Of a DNA stretch of 26,382 bases, positions 25,853-26,382 are shown one piece after another. Below the pieces are notes generated by a model that saw only the letters and a program-made list of their open reading frames with translations, ran no database searches and was not told the DNA's origin. The DNA is taken from assembly GCA_037381445.1 (NCBI GenBank), contig JARRQT010000010.1, positions 1 to 26,382 on the forward strand, written 5' to 3'. The position numbers and the translations under genes were made by a program. The stretch's first letter is position 1; every line of letters starts with the position of its first letter. The DNA is from Calditrichia bacterium. GTDB taxonomy: Bacteria; Calditrichota; Calditrichia; RBG-13-44-9.

Positions 25853-26281
25853 GCAAAATCCGATCTCTTTTTTTCCAGAAAAACTATCAATCAACTTTAA
25901 ATTTAATCAAAACCAATCTTATGAACCATCCATCCATTCAACTCAGCATCTATTACAAGCAAATTGCCATTTTTGACCAACTCGTGTACCATCGATAGGC
26001 TGAAACAATAATAATTCCGCTAATTCTGTTTCATTCAGCAATTCCCCTATGCATTCTCATTTTATTGCAGGCTTAGCCTTCACAAGGCTGGTCAATCTAA
26101 AATTGGCCTATTGCACCCTTCCAACCAGAATAGTAAAGAGATGCAGTATTCCCGGACGCATCTACAACCAATAACACACCATTTACACCAGCAATAAAAA
26201 CAAACGCTTCAGGGCAACCTCCTCATTTTTTGAATAAAAACTCTTTCAGGTCCGTTTTCTTGTAAGCACTCAAGATTTAAT

Positions 26282-26297
26282 ATGTTATCGCTAACAT
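26282..26297. promoter_or_regulatory. LacI/GalR-family operator (copy 1)
   Basis: Near-perfect palindrome ATGTTA-TCGC-TAACAT with central CG, fitting the TGTTAnCGnTAACA pattern of LacI-family sites. Confidence 0.75.
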
Positions 26298-26368
26298 TTA
26301 ACGGCTAAAAAAATATTTTACAAGGCATGACTCAAATGTTGATTTATTTGCAATTGAATTAATTGACT

Positions 26369-26382
26369 ATGTTATCGTTAAC
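26369..26382. promoter_or_regulatory. LacI/GalR-family operator (copy 2, cut by the window edge)
   Basis: ATGTTATCGTTAAC. With the preceding T it matches 14 of 15 nt of copy 1, 87 bp away. Confidence 0.7.

Noticed and set aside
26296..26323. Possible sigma70 promoter (TTGTAA…TTAAAT) on the minus strand between the operators
   Set aside because: Poor -10 match in very AT-rich DNA; cannot be supported without TSS data.
1..26382. CRISPR arrays, tRNA/rRNA genes, IS elements, integrases
   Set aside because: No regularly spaced repeats, RNA-gene signatures or transposase/integrase ORFs were seen; the 12-nt anti-SD matches are too short to be rRNA fragments.

Overview
This is one side of a large (>26 kb) bacterial carbohydrate/glycoconjugate utilisation locus in which every credible gene lies on the minus strand. 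Protein features (PorV-like barrel, T9SS/FlgD-Ig-type C-terminal domains, CarboxypepD_reg-type TonB-dependent receptor, SD-led genes) suggest a non-Bacteroidota member of the FCB group such as KSB1 or Calditrichota; this is inference. In transcription order (right to left): two LacI-type operators; a galactose-mutarotase-like enzyme; a GC-rich sodium:solute symporter plus a small 2-TM partner; galK; a secreted tandem-LamG protein; two lipoproteins; a TonB-dependent receptor; two tandem paralogous proteins with an atypical 'VVPNPY...GKFVxIK' C-terminal domain; a PorV-like protein; two secreted HExxH metallopeptidase-like proteins sharing an unrecognised N-terminal module; a DUF1007-like/RcnA-NicO-like metal transport pair; a retaining-type GH97 (probable alpha-galactosidase); and the start of a secreted beta-helix protein. 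Highlights: (i) a SusD-less, T9SS-linked uptake module with its own PorV; (ii) candidate novel glycopeptidases; (iii) an identical 12-nt perfect anti-16S 'super Shine-Dalgarno' (GAAAGGAGGTGA) upstream of two secreted-protein genes, possibly an mRNA-stabilising element; (iv) a sharp high-GC transporter cassette.
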